Assembly (NCBI GenBank): GCA_033762115.1
Contig: JANRLX010000099.1
Location: forward strand, 1 to 54,427
Source: Verrucomicrobiota bacterium
GTDB lineage: Bacteria; Verrucomicrobiota; Verrucomicrobiia; Limisphaerales; SXQI01
DNA length: 54,427 nt
Direction of reading: 5' to 3'
In this document: in pieces, positions 1-9,500 of the stretch
Layout of the letters: every line of letters starts with the position of its first letter
How positions within the stretch are numbered: position 1 is the first letter of the stretch
Notes under the pieces: generated by a model
Told to the model about the DNA's origin: nothing
The model's input: the letters and a program-made list of their open reading frames with translations, nothing else
Databases searched by the model: none
Position numbers and translations under genes: made by a program

Positions 1-438
1 AAAGCTTCCGTGGATGATCGAATTCGTGGATTGCAGGCAGGTGGGGATGATTATTTAACCAAGCCGTTTTCCTTCACTGAACTCCTTGCAAGATTGCATG
101 CTGTCCTGAGGCGGAGCAACAAAACCAATGATCCTGTGCGACTGGTTGTTGCGGACCTTGAATTGGACCTGCTCAGTCGCGAGGCCAAACGAGGAGGAAA
201 GGTCATTGAGTTGCAGGCGCGGGAGTTCGCCCTGCTGGAGTATCTGATGCGAAATGCCGGAAGGGTGGTGACAAAGACCATGATTCTGGAGCAGATCTGG
301 GACTATAGCTTCGATCCACAGACGAATGTGGTAGATGTTTTGATTCACCGGCTCCGAAGCAAGATTGACAAAGATTTTTCAACCAAACTGATCCATACCT
401 ATCGTGGAATGGGATACGCTTTAAAAAAGCCGGATTAG
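1..438 (+). CDS. OmpR/CusR-family response regulator, 5'-truncated by the window edge
   Basis: The frame is open from base 1 (KASVDDRIRGLQAGGDDYLTKPF). It contains the end of a receiver domain and a winged-helix output (EFALLEYLMRN...TNVVDVLIHRLRSKID...TYRGMGY). Confidence 0.95.
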   Translation, partial: KASVDDRIRGLQAGGDDYLTKPFSFTELLARLHAVLRRSNKTNDPVRLVVADLELDLLSREAKRGGKVIELQAREFALLEYLMRNAGRVVTKTMILEQIWDYSFDPQTNVVDVLIHRLRSKIDKDFSTKLIHTYRGMGYALKKPD

Positions 439-583
439 GAACACTTTTCCGGTTGACAAGCTGTTCTTTCATCTTCTTACTGGTCATACCACAAACCAAC
501 CAGAACGACTGCGCAGTATCTCTGTCCGTCGGTGTCCCTTCAGGAGGAGAGTTGCGTGGGAGTTTAAGACCAGCTACTCAATC

Positions 584-3500
584 ATGAAAATAAATTGGCC
601 AGTCTCAAAAGTATTATTCCTTCTCCTCTTCCTTGTCCTCGGCACCACCACCCGGGCAGCAACGATTCTCCAGACAGCGGGAAGTCCACACGTTGTTTTT
701 GAAGCGGAACAAAATGTGACGCTCAGCGGGGCATTGCCAACAATCTGGGTCTCAACCAACGATGCCGGGGCGAGCGGCGGCTCGGCACTTTACGCCGAGG
801 GAACCACGCAAACAGGAGTGCAGCCGACCGGCTTTGCGAGATACCAAATCATTTTTAATTCCGCAGGGACTTACCACATGTATTTCCGCTGGCGGGCGGA
901 TTCCGGGAGGACCGGGAGCGATGTGAACACGGCCAACAGTTTTTTCTATCCGCTGACATTCGGGTCATTGAGCGCGGTTGCGGAGTTTACCCGTTCACGC
1001 GCAAACGATGTCGGGGCGCCACAATCGAATGCTTATCAATGGGCGAAGGAATCGCTGCCATTGGCTGAAGGCGGGTTCAGCGGCACCCAAATTGTGGTGG
1101 AGGAAAGCCAGGTGGGTGTGCCGGTGACATTCACGCTCGGAACACGGGAAGCGGGTTTTATCCTGGACCGCGTGGTGCTAAGCCAGACGGCGGACCTGGT
1201 GGATGTGGGACTGGACGCATTGCAGAACTCATTGACCGATGTGATCGAACAGGTGGGGACGGATGATTATATCGCGTTTGAAGCTGAATCACGAGTGACT
1301 TTGTCCGGGGCATTGCCAACGATCTGGGTCATTACCAATGATGCAGCGGCCAGCAAAACCTCCGCGCTTTATGCTGAGGGAACCACCCAGACCGGAGTGC
1401 AGCCGACCGGCTTTGCCAGGTATCAATTAAAATTCAACAAGGCAGGCACTTACCATTTTTATTTTCGCTGGCGGGCAGATTCCGGGAGGACCGGGAGCGA
1501 TGTGAACACCGCGAACAGTTTCTTTTATCCCCTGACCCTGGGGTCGCTGACGGCGGTGGCGGAATTCACAAGGTCACGCGCGAATGATGTGGGTGCGCCG
1601 CAATCCAATGCATTCCAATGGGCGGAGGAATCACAGGCCCTGCCTGAAGGTGGGTTCAATGGCACTCAACTGGAAATTTCGGAAGCGGAGGTGGGGACCA
1701 CTGTGATCCTGACGCTGGGAACACGCGAAGCAGGTTTCATCCTTGACCGCGTCATTCTTCATCTTTCCCCCACCCTGGTGGACGCAAACCTGGACGCGAT
1801 TCCCAACTCCGGCGAATTAGTCCCTGTCCCCGCAATCCGGACCGTTGTGGGATCGGATTCCCTGAACAAGATTTCGATCGCATTTACCCGGCCACTTAAT
1901 GAAGCGACCGTGGCGATTGAAGATTTTCAAATCACTCCGAGCCTGGCTGTCACAGGGGTGAGTGTGGACAGCGCCGATCCCCGAAACGTGACGCTGACCA
2001 CCGCAGCCCAGACGCAAGGGACCGAATACACCGTGGCGGTGACTGGAGTTTCGGATACATCCGGTACGGCCATTGCGGCGAACGCTTCAGCCACATTCAC
2101 TGCCTGGCAGTTATCAACAGGTTGGGTCAAACGGGAGATATTTTATAGCATCCCCGGGACAACGATTGCGGAACTGACTGCGGATGCCAAGTTCATCGCC
2201 AACACACCGGACCTGGTGCAGTTTATCCGCAGTTTCTCGACCCAGGGGGACCCTTTTACGGCGAATTACGGGGCAAGGTTGACCACATTTTTCATTCCGC
2301 CCGCAAATGGCGCTTATGAGTTTTTTGTGAGGAATGATGATGAAGCGCAATTGTTCCTGAGTGGTCGCGAAGGCACACCTGAATTTAACACGGACGTAGC
2401 GCTGAGTGAACCGATGACACTCAACGCGACCTTTGCAGAAGGCGTGAACATGGTGACGACACCGGAACTGACCGCGGGTGCGAGGTATCGGCTGACAGGA
2501 TTGGTGAAACAGGGTGGCGGTGATGTTTACCTCAGTGTGGTGGCCCGGCCGGTCGGCTCCACAGATGATCCTGCGACATTGGTCCCCTTGTCCGGAAACC
2601 AGATCACGACTTTTGTGAATCCGGACCTGGGGGAAGTCAACTTCCTCAGTCACCCTGCTAATATAGCGGGGACCGCAGGCGCCCGTGCGCGGTTCAGCGT
2701 CAACATCGAGGCGGATGGCGCACCGGTATATTATCAATGGCGCTTGAATGGCAATGCTATTCCAGGAGCGATACGCTCGGCCTACACCACTCCTGTCCTG
2801 ACGACGACTGACAGCGGGAAAAAGTACAGTGTGGCTGTCAGTGTCGCGGGCCGCACAACTGTCAGCAACGAGGGGACACTGACAGTGAACCCAGGGCAAC
2901 CATCACCGCTCCAGCCATACATCGGGATCAATTTCGCGAGCGGCGGCGATAACGTGTTAACATCGCCATTGCTTCCAACGGATGTCACCGGGGTGGTACC
3001 TCAGGAAAACTTCAATAACGTGATCGCGCTGACTGCGGAGGCGTTGCCGCTGGTGGATGCGGCGGGCCAGCCCACGGATGTGACGCTGAGCTATTCCGTG
3101 ACTGGCGGGCAGAACGGCGGCTGGTACAGCGGGGCTGGTTCGAGCCGCATGGATGCGGACTCCATTCTGCTGCAAGGTTACTTGCGCAACGACAACCAGC
3201 CAATCGACCTCACCCTGGCTGGTGTCCCTGCGGACACTTATAATGTTTATGTTTATAGTGCCGGGTTCCCATTCCAGGCGACTTATGAGCAAGCTGCCAC
3301 CGTCACTGGAGAGACCACTTCGGAAACGATTCATCACCGCGCCCAGACAGGGCTTGATTATAACGCTACTGCGGGTGGATTCGTGCAAACGAGTTCCTCG
3401 ACCCAGATCGGCAATTATGTCGTGTTCTCTAACGTCCGGCCTTCTGCTGAAGGAACGATAGTAATCAATGTCACTCCTGAAACGGAAAACCCGGGCAACA

Positions 3501-3760
3501 ACCATGTGCCTTCGATTGCGGCGGTGCAGTTGGTGAAAGTTTCAGCCACGACCTCCAGCCCGTCGCTCGCGGTGGCCAGGGGAGCGACGACTGTGACAAT
3601 CAGCTGGGACGCTGCCGCTGCCGGGGGAACGTTGCAGAGCAGGAACAGCCTGAGTTCCGGTTCATGGGGCGCAGCGCCAGAAGCGGCCAATCCGTTGACC
3701 GGAGCAGGTTCAATCACCGTGACTCCAACGGGCGAACGTTATTTCCGCATCATGAAATAA
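584..3760 (+). CDS. Large secreted protein: signal peptide, two tandem ~193-aa CBM-like jelly-roll domains, bacterial Ig-like, PA14-like, Ig domain and a Verrucomicrobia-type C-terminal domain
   Basis: 1058-aa ORF with a hydrophobic N-terminus. It has duplicated FEAE...AGTY.YFRWR...[13 protein letters not shown] units, a PA14-like [32 protein letters not shown], an Ig YQWRLNG...DSGKKYSV and a terminal ISW..TLQS..W..RYFR. Confidence 0.85.
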   Translation: MKINWPVSKVLFLLLFLVLGTTTRAATILQTAGSPHVVFEAEQNVTLSGALPTIWVSTNDAGASGGSALYAEGTTQTGVQPTGFARYQIIFNSAGTYHMYFRWRADSGRTGSDVNTANSFFYPLTFGSLSAVAEFTRSRANDVGAPQSNAYQWAKESLPLAEGGFSGTQIVVEESQVGVPVTFTLGTREAGFILDRVVLSQTADLVDVGLDALQNSLTDVIEQVGTDDYIAFEAESRVTLSGALPTIWVITNDAAASKTSALYAEGTTQTGVQPTGFARYQLKFNKAGTYHFYFRWRADSGRTGSDVNTANSFFYPLTLGSLTAVAEFTRSRANDVGAPQSNAFQWAEESQALPEGGFNGTQLEISEAEVGTTVILTLGTREAGFILDRVILHLSPTLVDANLDAIPNSGELVPVPAIRTVVGSDSLNKISIAFTRPLNEATVAIEDFQITPSLAVTGVSVDSADPRNVTLTTAAQTQGTEYTVAVTGVSDTSGTAIAANASATFTAWQLSTGWVKREIFYSIPGTTIAELTADAKFIANTPDLVQFIRSFSTQGDPFTANYGARLTTFFIPPANGAYEFFVRNDDEAQLFLSGREGTPEFNTDVALSEPMTLNATFAEGVNMVTTPELTAGARYRLTGLVKQGGGDVYLSVVARPVGSTDDPATLVPLSGNQITTFVNPDLGEVNFLSHPANIAGTAGARARFSVNIEADGAPVYYQWRLNGNAIPGAIRSAYTTPVLTTTDSGKKYSVAVSVAGRTTVSNEGTLTVNPGQPSPLQPYIGINFASGGDNVLTSPLLPTDVTGVVPQENFNNVIALTAEALPLVDAAGQPTDVTLSYSVTGGQNGGWYSGAGSSRMDADSILLQGYLRNDNQPIDLTLAGVPADTYNVYVYSAGFPFQATYEQAATVTGETTSETIHHRAQTGLDYNATAGGFVQTSSSTQIGNYVVFSNVRPSAEGTIVINVTPETENPGNNHVPSIAAVQLVKVSATTSSPSLAVARGATTVTISWDAAAAGGTLQSRNSLSSGSWGAAPEAANPLTGAGSITVTPTGERYFRIMK
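695..1810 (+). repeat. Intragenic tandem duplication, period 579 nt (193 aa)
   Basis: gcattgccaac occurs at 731 and 1310. The blocks gattccgggaggaccgggagcgatgtgaacac and ggagtgcagccgaccggctttgc are present in both copies. Confidence 0.95.
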
Positions 3761-3774
3761 TGGGAACCAAACAG

Positions 3775-3812
3775 AAGCCCTGGAGGAACATTCTTCCAGG
3801 GCTTTTTTATTT
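3775..3812 (+). terminator. Rho-independent terminator after the 1058-aa gene
   Basis: AAGCCCTGGAGGAA-ca-TTCTTCCAGGGCTT stem followed by TTTTATTT. Confidence 0.9.
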
Positions 3813-3944
3813 GCCGGCATGGGCCTGAATGCCGATCTCCTCCAGATGAGAGCTGCCTGGGTCTTCCTGCCAGTGACCACCTGCAGGTTGCAAGGCGCTC
3901 TTGGCATTTGCGCGATGGCTTGTACTGTCCTGCATGATGTTTTT

Positions 3945-5384
3945 ATGATTGGGGAAGTCCATCCGCCTGTTCCTGCTGACCGTTTCGGAGAAAAGGTAAC
4001 GCGGCGTTTTGGCGGGTTCAGTTTGCGATTGAACCTGTGGTACACCGCGCTGTTCACCTTAAGCACAATCGCGCTTTTTATCCTGCTTTATTATCTTGTT
4101 GCCTTTGCCATTTCGCGGAAAGACCGGGAAGTGCTGGCATCCAAAGTAAAAGAGCACGCCACCATTTATGAAACGGGAGGGATCGCGTCCCTGCGTTCCT
4201 ACATAGGGGCCAATAGTCAACGAGAGGCACTCTTTGTCCGGGTGGTGAATCGTTTCGGACAGGTGACGCTTTTATCCGTGCCACAGGAATGGGTGACCTT
4301 TGACCTCTCTTCAGTCACGCCCGGTTTGCAGAAACCATTTGCCTATATCAGGATCCCTAAAGATGCAGAGAAAGATTTCACAATGGCTGCCGCAGGGCTT
4401 TTTGATGGAGCGATCCTGCAAGTGGGGCGGAGCACAAACAGCCGCGAGCTGTTGCTTCAACCGTTCCGACGTATCTTCATCGTGGTCATGTCCGTTGTCC
4501 TGGCGCTGAGTTTTTTCGGGGGGACGCTGGTTTCCAAACGTGCCCTTCGCCCGGTGAGGGAAATTATTGGGACCGTTCGGGAAATCACCACCACAGGCAA
4601 CCTTGGCGCCAGGGTGCAGACCCGTTCAAGCGGGGATGAACTGGATGAACTGGCGCAATTATTCAACCGGATGCTGGTGCGGAACGAGGTGCTGATTCGC
4701 GCAATGCGTGAGTCGTTAGATAACGTGGCGCATGATCTTCGGACTCCGCTTTCCCGATTGCGGGGAGTGGCTGAAACGGCTTTGCGGGACCAGCCGCCCG
4801 GCTCCCCCGGCGCAGAGGCGCTGCTCGATTGCATTGAAGAGACAGACCGGGTGCTGACCATTCTTCGCACCTTGCTGGATGTGGCGGAAGCTGAAAGCGG
4901 GGCGATCCGTTTGAACTATACGGAAGTCGACCTCAGGCAACTCGCGCAGGAGGTGGTGGAGCTTTATTCGTTTGTGGCGGAAGAGAAAAAAATCAGGGTA
5001 GAGATAGAGATTCCGGAAAAGATGATTGTTTCCTGCGATGCGGTGCGAGTCCGGCAGGCATTTGCAAATCTGTTGGATAACGCCCTTAAATATACTCCGG
5101 GAAATGGATCAGTCCAAATCGTTGGGAAAATCAATGGGGAGATGGCGGAAATGCGATTCAGTGACAATGGAATTGGCATTCCCCAAGATGAGCAGGATCG
5201 AATCTGGGATCGGTTGTATCGTGGAGACAAAAGCCGTTCGCAAAAAGGATTGGGACTGGGGTTGAGCCTGGTGCGAGCGATCATCCTGGCGCATGGCGGG
5301 AGTGTAAAAGTGGAAAGTATGGTGGAAAAAGGGTCGAATTTTACCGTGCTGATTCCAGTAAGAAAGTCTCAGGCAGTGGCTTGA
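3945..5384 (+). CDS. HAMP-domain sensor histidine kinase (CusS/BaeS-like); probable start 3945
   Basis: Two TM segments, HAMP ([14 protein letters not shown]), H-box [11 protein letters not shown]-box NLLDNALKY and G-boxes DNGIGI and GLGLGL. The upstream ATG at 3819 abuts the terminator. Confidence 0.93.
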   Translation: MIGEVHPPVPADRFGEKVTRRFGGFSLRLNLWYTALFTLSTIALFILLYYLVAFAISRKDREVLASKVKEHATIYETGGIASLRSYIGANSQREALFVRVVNRFGQVTLLSVPQEWVTFDLSSVTPGLQKPFAYIRIPKDAEKDFTMAAAGLFDGAILQVGRSTNSRELLLQPFRRIFIVVMSVVLALSFFGGTLVSKRALRPVREIIGTVREITTTGNLGARVQTRSSGDELDELAQLFNRMLVRNEVLIRAMRESLDNVAHDLRTPLSRLRGVAETALRDQPPGSPGAEALLDCIEETDRVLTILRTLLDVAEAESGAIRLNYTEVDLRQLAQEVVELYSFVAEEKKIRVEIEIPEKMIVSCDAVRVRQAFANLLDNALKYTPGNGSVQIVGKINGEMAEMRFSDNGIGIPQDEQDRIWDRLYRGDKSRSQKGLGLGLSLVRAIILAHGGSVKVESMVEKGSNFTVLIPVRKSQAVA

Positions 5385-5414
5385 CAGAAAAGGGGGGAGG
5401 CACGACCTTGCGAC

Positions 5415-5525
5415 CCTGGCTAATGGCAAACCCCGTGTGCGTCGTTGGTCAGGAGTTCCGAGTGGTAGCGGAACTTGCAGCCCCTGGTGTAGTGGGAACT
5501 CACCCGTGGGCTGCTTTTTTATTTT
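5415..5525 (+). ncRNA. Candidate structured small RNA (three hairpins ending in a terminator); family unknown
   Basis: TTGACA-N17-GACCTT at 5381-5409 lies just upstream. Stem 5415-5427/5441-5453 is 13 bp with 4 G-U pairs. A second stem is at 5454-5460/5469-5475. The GCAGCCC/GGGCTGC stem has an apical GGGA tetraloop and is followed by TTTTTTATTTT. Confidence 0.5.
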
Positions 5526-5684
5526 ATAGATCCGGGAATGTCCATTTAATAGTGCAACTATTAATAACCTGCGATGCGACCAAAAGTGACAGGGAGAAAG
5601 GAATGAATTCTTTAATTTCCGCCTTCAATTGAAGTTTGGAAATGGGAATTGCGGAGGCAGGATGGTTCATCAATTCTTGCAAGA

Positions 5685-5897
5685 ATGAATCTGGACGAGC
5701 AGCCATCCAATGCAGAGCAACAACTGGCGTTCGAGTTGGATATTGCCGCAGCTGATCCTTTGGCTGAACTGGAACGGGCCGGGTTTGACACCTCACAATT
5801 TTTTGCGCGATTAAAAATGACGGACAAGGAGCGCATTGATGCGAACCAGGCAGCCCTGGATTTGATCGAGATGCTCAGGAACAGCGCCGCGCAATGA
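5685..5897 (+). CDS. Small helical protein, putative antitoxin-like partner of the nucleotidyltransferase
   Basis: 70 aa with G.D.S....LKMTDKERI. Its stop overlaps the next gene's start (ATGA). Confidence 0.7.
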   Translation: MNLDEQPSNAEQQLAFELDIAAADPLAELERAGFDTSQFFARLKMTDKERIDANQAALDLIEMLRNSAAQ

Positions 5898-6376
5898 CTT
5901 CGCTTTATCAGTTAATAAAGCAGCTTGAAATCCATGAGGTCTCTTTTGTCATTGTAGGCGGTTTTGCCGGGGTTTTATATGGATCACCGCTGATCACTGA
6001 GGATCTCGATATTTGCATTTCATTCGAGCAGGATTCGCTGAACAGACTCTGGAATGCGTTAAAAACCTTGCACCCCGTTCATCGCATGACCCCTCAAAAA
6101 ATCCCGCTTGATGAAGAACAAATCAAAAGCGGAACCTTAAAGAATCTATATTTACGGACTGACCTTGGGACACTGGATTGCCTCAGTGAAATTGCGGGGC
6201 TGGGTGATTTTCAAGCGGTGTTGCAGAAAAGTGAAAAACGTTTGGTCGAGGACACCTCATTTCATGTGCTGACACGTGAAGGATTGATTCTATCTAAAAA
6301 AGCGATGAACCGTCTGAAAGATAGGGCCACAATTCTGTTTCTTGAAAGCCAGGGCAGGGTTCAAGAGAATTTGTGA
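5894..6376 (+). CDS. Pol-beta-superfamily nucleotidyltransferase (DUF6036/AbiEii-like)
   Basis: IVGGFAGVLYGSPLITEDLDI (GG.A...G...T.D.D) and a C-terminal LILSKKAMNRLKD. Confidence 0.85.
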   Translation: MTSLYQLIKQLEIHEVSFVIVGGFAGVLYGSPLITEDLDICISFEQDSLNRLWNALKTLHPVHRMTPQKIPLDEEQIKSGTLKNLYLRTDLGTLDCLSEIAGLGDFQAVLQKSEKRLVEDTSFHVLTREGLILSKKAMNRLKDRATILFLESQGRVQENL

Positions 6377-6414
6377 CAATTTAGTTGCGTTGTCCGATAG
6401 AAATGAGGTAATGT

Positions 6415-6495
6415 CTTATCGCTGGTGCAACGCCAGCATTAAGCCTTATAGCGGCTCGGAACTTCTATTGCCTTTAGCCCCGAGCCGCGCTTTTT
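6415..6495 (+). ncRNA. Candidate small RNA: T-loop hairpin plus terminator hairpin
   Basis: TTGCGT-N18-TAATGT at 6385-6414. GCTGG-TGCAA-CG-CCAGC at 6421-6437. A 9-bp GCGGCTCGG/CCGAGCCGC stem is followed by GCTTTTT. Confidence 0.45.
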
Positions 6496-6530
6496 CAATT
6501 TTCAGGAAATTCCAAAGTGAATGAACAAGT

Positions 6531-6559
6531 AAAGCGGCACCCGTATTGGGGGCCGCTTT
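6531..6559 (-). terminator. Hairpin terminator downstream of the 2004-aa gene, possibly bidirectional
   Basis: AAAGCGGC...GCCGCTTT inverted repeat about 15 nt past the stop codon. Confidence 0.6.
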
Positions 6560-6573
6560 GGACTTTCATCATA

Positions 6574-9500
6574 TTATTCGACTTCGACAGTAATCTTGAA
6601 AAATTGAACGCTATTCATTGCCGCCGATCTGTTGGAACGAAGCATGACGGCTTCAGTTCCATTGCCCATATCCTGACGGGAAACTTCGGTGGTTCCAAGG
6701 TTATCGGCAAAGGCAAGACTGCTTGAGATGTGGACCTTGATCAGCACTCCGACAGCAGTTTTGCTGCGAAGAAACTGGATGGTAGGATAGACCTCCTGAT
6801 TGATTACAAGTCCCGTGTTCGTCGCTTGTGGCTTAATCTCCGCGTTTGGTGTGGTGGGATTGCTGCCGAAGGCATATTCAGCGATGTTACTCAGGCCATC
6901 ACCATCTGCATCATCTCCGGGCGCACTCAAGTTACCCGGGAAGGTGAATTGGGCTGCCCATGATTGGAAATTCTCATTCGAGCCGCCACCTGATGAGATC
7001 ACGGCAGCTGTGCTGGTCATGGAACCATCCGCCGTTGTCACTGTGACTTTATAATTTCCCTGATCACCTGCAGCGGCTTCCGAAATGATAAGCGATTGAT
7101 TGGTCTGATCGGGAAGCGGCACGTTGTCCTTGTACCATTGATAAGTGGCCTGAGATCCGCCAATCCATCCAACCGTTAACGCAATCGGTTTACCAACCAC
7201 GAAATTTCCGGCAACCGGGGGTGCCACAATCTGCGATTCACCGGAGAATTGGCCATGGACACGCGCGATCATGGAAGGGGGATTGAAAGTACCGCCGACA
7301 TAGAATTTACCATCCCCGGCAGCTGCCAGAGAGGAAACAGACCCGCCATAAACGGAAGGTCCGAAATTCAGGTCGATTTCACCGGTTGTACCCAGGATCC
7401 GGATGACTGCGGGATTGGAAACGCCGAGCGCGGAGGTGAGTTGCTGACCGGCGACAATGACGTTATTTCCTTGAGCAAGCAAAGCCTTAACCGTCCCCAC
7501 GGCAGCGGGAACGAAGTTGGTGTCCACCGTAAGGTCCTGATTGAGCCGAACGAGGTTTTGACGCGGAAGGCCATTGACCACGGAAAAAGTGCCAGCCACC
7601 CAAATCTTGCCATCATCGGTCCGGGCCAGAGCGGAAATGGGAATCGCAGAGAAATTTCCAGGCGGGCGAAAACTGATGTTAACGGTGGAATCCCTGCTTC
7701 CGTCCGAATTAATAAGATTCAGAGCGCCACTGCTGCCATCTCCCAGGAGCAGGCGCCCATCAGGAAGCTTGAGAATGGCGGTCGGTTGGTAACCATTATA
7801 AAAGGCAGCCATCTGGTTATAGAAATTGCCATCGAGCTCCAATGTGAGGAGGTTCCAGCGGCGGAGGCCAGGGGTGAAATTATCCTTGTAACCACCGACG
7901 TAAATAAAATCTCCATCGATCAGGAGCCTGTTGGCAGGGACCGCCGCCCCGGCAAAGGTATTGTCATAGGTTCCGTTCGCGTTGAGACGAAAGAAACCGG
8001 AATTCAATCCCAGGATTAACTTACCATCCTGCTGAACAGCGATATCATTGATTGCGTGGGGAGTAGAAAACATGCCGGGCTCAGGAATGACATTTCCATT
8101 GGAGTCAAGAATGGCAAAGCTGTTGCGGCTATTTCCATTGATTACTGAAAAGGAACCACCGATGGCGATATTTCCGTTCGGCAGCATTTTGATCACTCGC
8201 ACTTCGGAGTTGGGACCGCTCCCGGAATTGAAGGTGAGGTCAAGCCCCCCGGTGATCGCAAACACTCCCAACCCTGCGGGGTAGGTTGTCGCGGTTCCTG
8301 CGGCATTGACTGCCACAAGATCGTATGAAGCGGCATCATTGTAAGTCACTGCGGCAAAAGTGAGGGTTGAGTTGGTTTCTCCATCAATGGCAATTCCATT
8401 TTTGCGCCATTGCAATGACAGCGGCGCAGCGCCATTTACCGCAGCGGTAAATGTGACAGCAGAGCCAAGGGGAACGGATTTGCTTTGGGGTTGAGTGACG
8501 ACAACCGGTTCCGCGAGCACGGTGAGAATGGCATCAACACTGGTGACGGTTGAACCGTCGCTTGAAATCACAACGTGATAGGTGCCAGCATCGATTTTCC
8601 CAATGTTTGTCAGGAGAAGAGTGGAGTTGGTCGCACCGGAAATCGGCTCATCATTTTTGAACCACTGATAAGACTCCGCATTCAGTGAATAGGCACTCAC
8701 TTCAAAGGTCACGTTTCCGCCGAGGTCAGCCTGCTGAGAAACGGGTTGTTGCAAAATGGCGAGGTCCGCAATGTCGGTAGTGAGTTGCGTCACATATCTG
8801 TGAGAAAAATCATTACCCACCGCAGTAAACGCGCCTGCCACCCAAACGCGCCCTTCCTTGGTCGTTTCAATATCATAAATGCTCCCGGCAATCCCGCCGG
8901 CTGGAAGCACGAAGTAAGGGTCCAGCTGGCCATTCGGGAACAAACGTTTCAATGAACCACCGAAACTTTCGCTAACGAGAATTTTTCCATTCAACTGTAT
9001 GGCGATGGAGCCAACAGAATAAACCTCGGTTGGGGCGAAGGTCGAGTCCACCAGCCCGTTCGGGAAAAAGCGAGTCAGGCGGTTTGGACCGAACGGGACA
9101 AGGATGCGTCCCTCAGAATCAATTTCCATGGTGGATATCTCACCGGAGATTGCAGGAGCGAAATTAGTATCGAGGGTTCCGTCCGGATGGAGGCGCGCCA
9201 GGGAAGGACGAGCAATGCCGTTGATGGCGGTGAAGCGTCCGCCAATGTAAGCCGTGCCATCCGGAAGGGTACGAATGACGTTCACATAATGATTGGGGGC
9301 TGTGGTAAAGGAGGAATCAATGGAACCGTTTTCATTGAGCCGGAGAAGGATCGGAATATTATTCTGCCCCCAGGCGCCGAATTGCCCGCCAACGAGGAGC
9401 TTGCCATTGGGCAAAGCGCCGAGCGCAAGAATATCGCCATTGGGAGAAAGCGAATTGTTAAAGGAAGTATCCACAGATCCGTCATTGTTCAGCCGTGCAA

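Noticed and set aside
695..1810. DGR template/variable repeat or CRISPR-like repeat
   Set aside because: This is an in-frame domain duplication with mostly synonymous, non-adenine-specific differences. There is no reverse transcriptase, cas gene or spacer.
2114..3505. Long antisense ORFs (261 aa and 182 aa) and similar ones opposite lon, wzc and the kinases
   Set aside because: They lie wholly opposite well-supported genes, have no motifs, and are expected from codon bias.
5425..5479. c-di-GMP-I riboswitch (GGCAAACC and GGTAGCGG..TTGC motifs)
   Set aside because: It lacks the GACGCAAAG junction, the P2 GNRA hairpin and the tetraloop receptor. GGCAAAC instead lies within a different 13-bp stem-loop.
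5447..5483. SRP RNA (GGTCAGG...GCAGCC resemblance)
   Set aside because: There is no short stem with a GNRA apical loop between the motifs and no long enclosing helix.
5381..5632. 83-aa ORF over the candidate RNA
   Set aside because: It starts at a TTG inside the -35 box, crosses a terminator and has no recognisable protein features.
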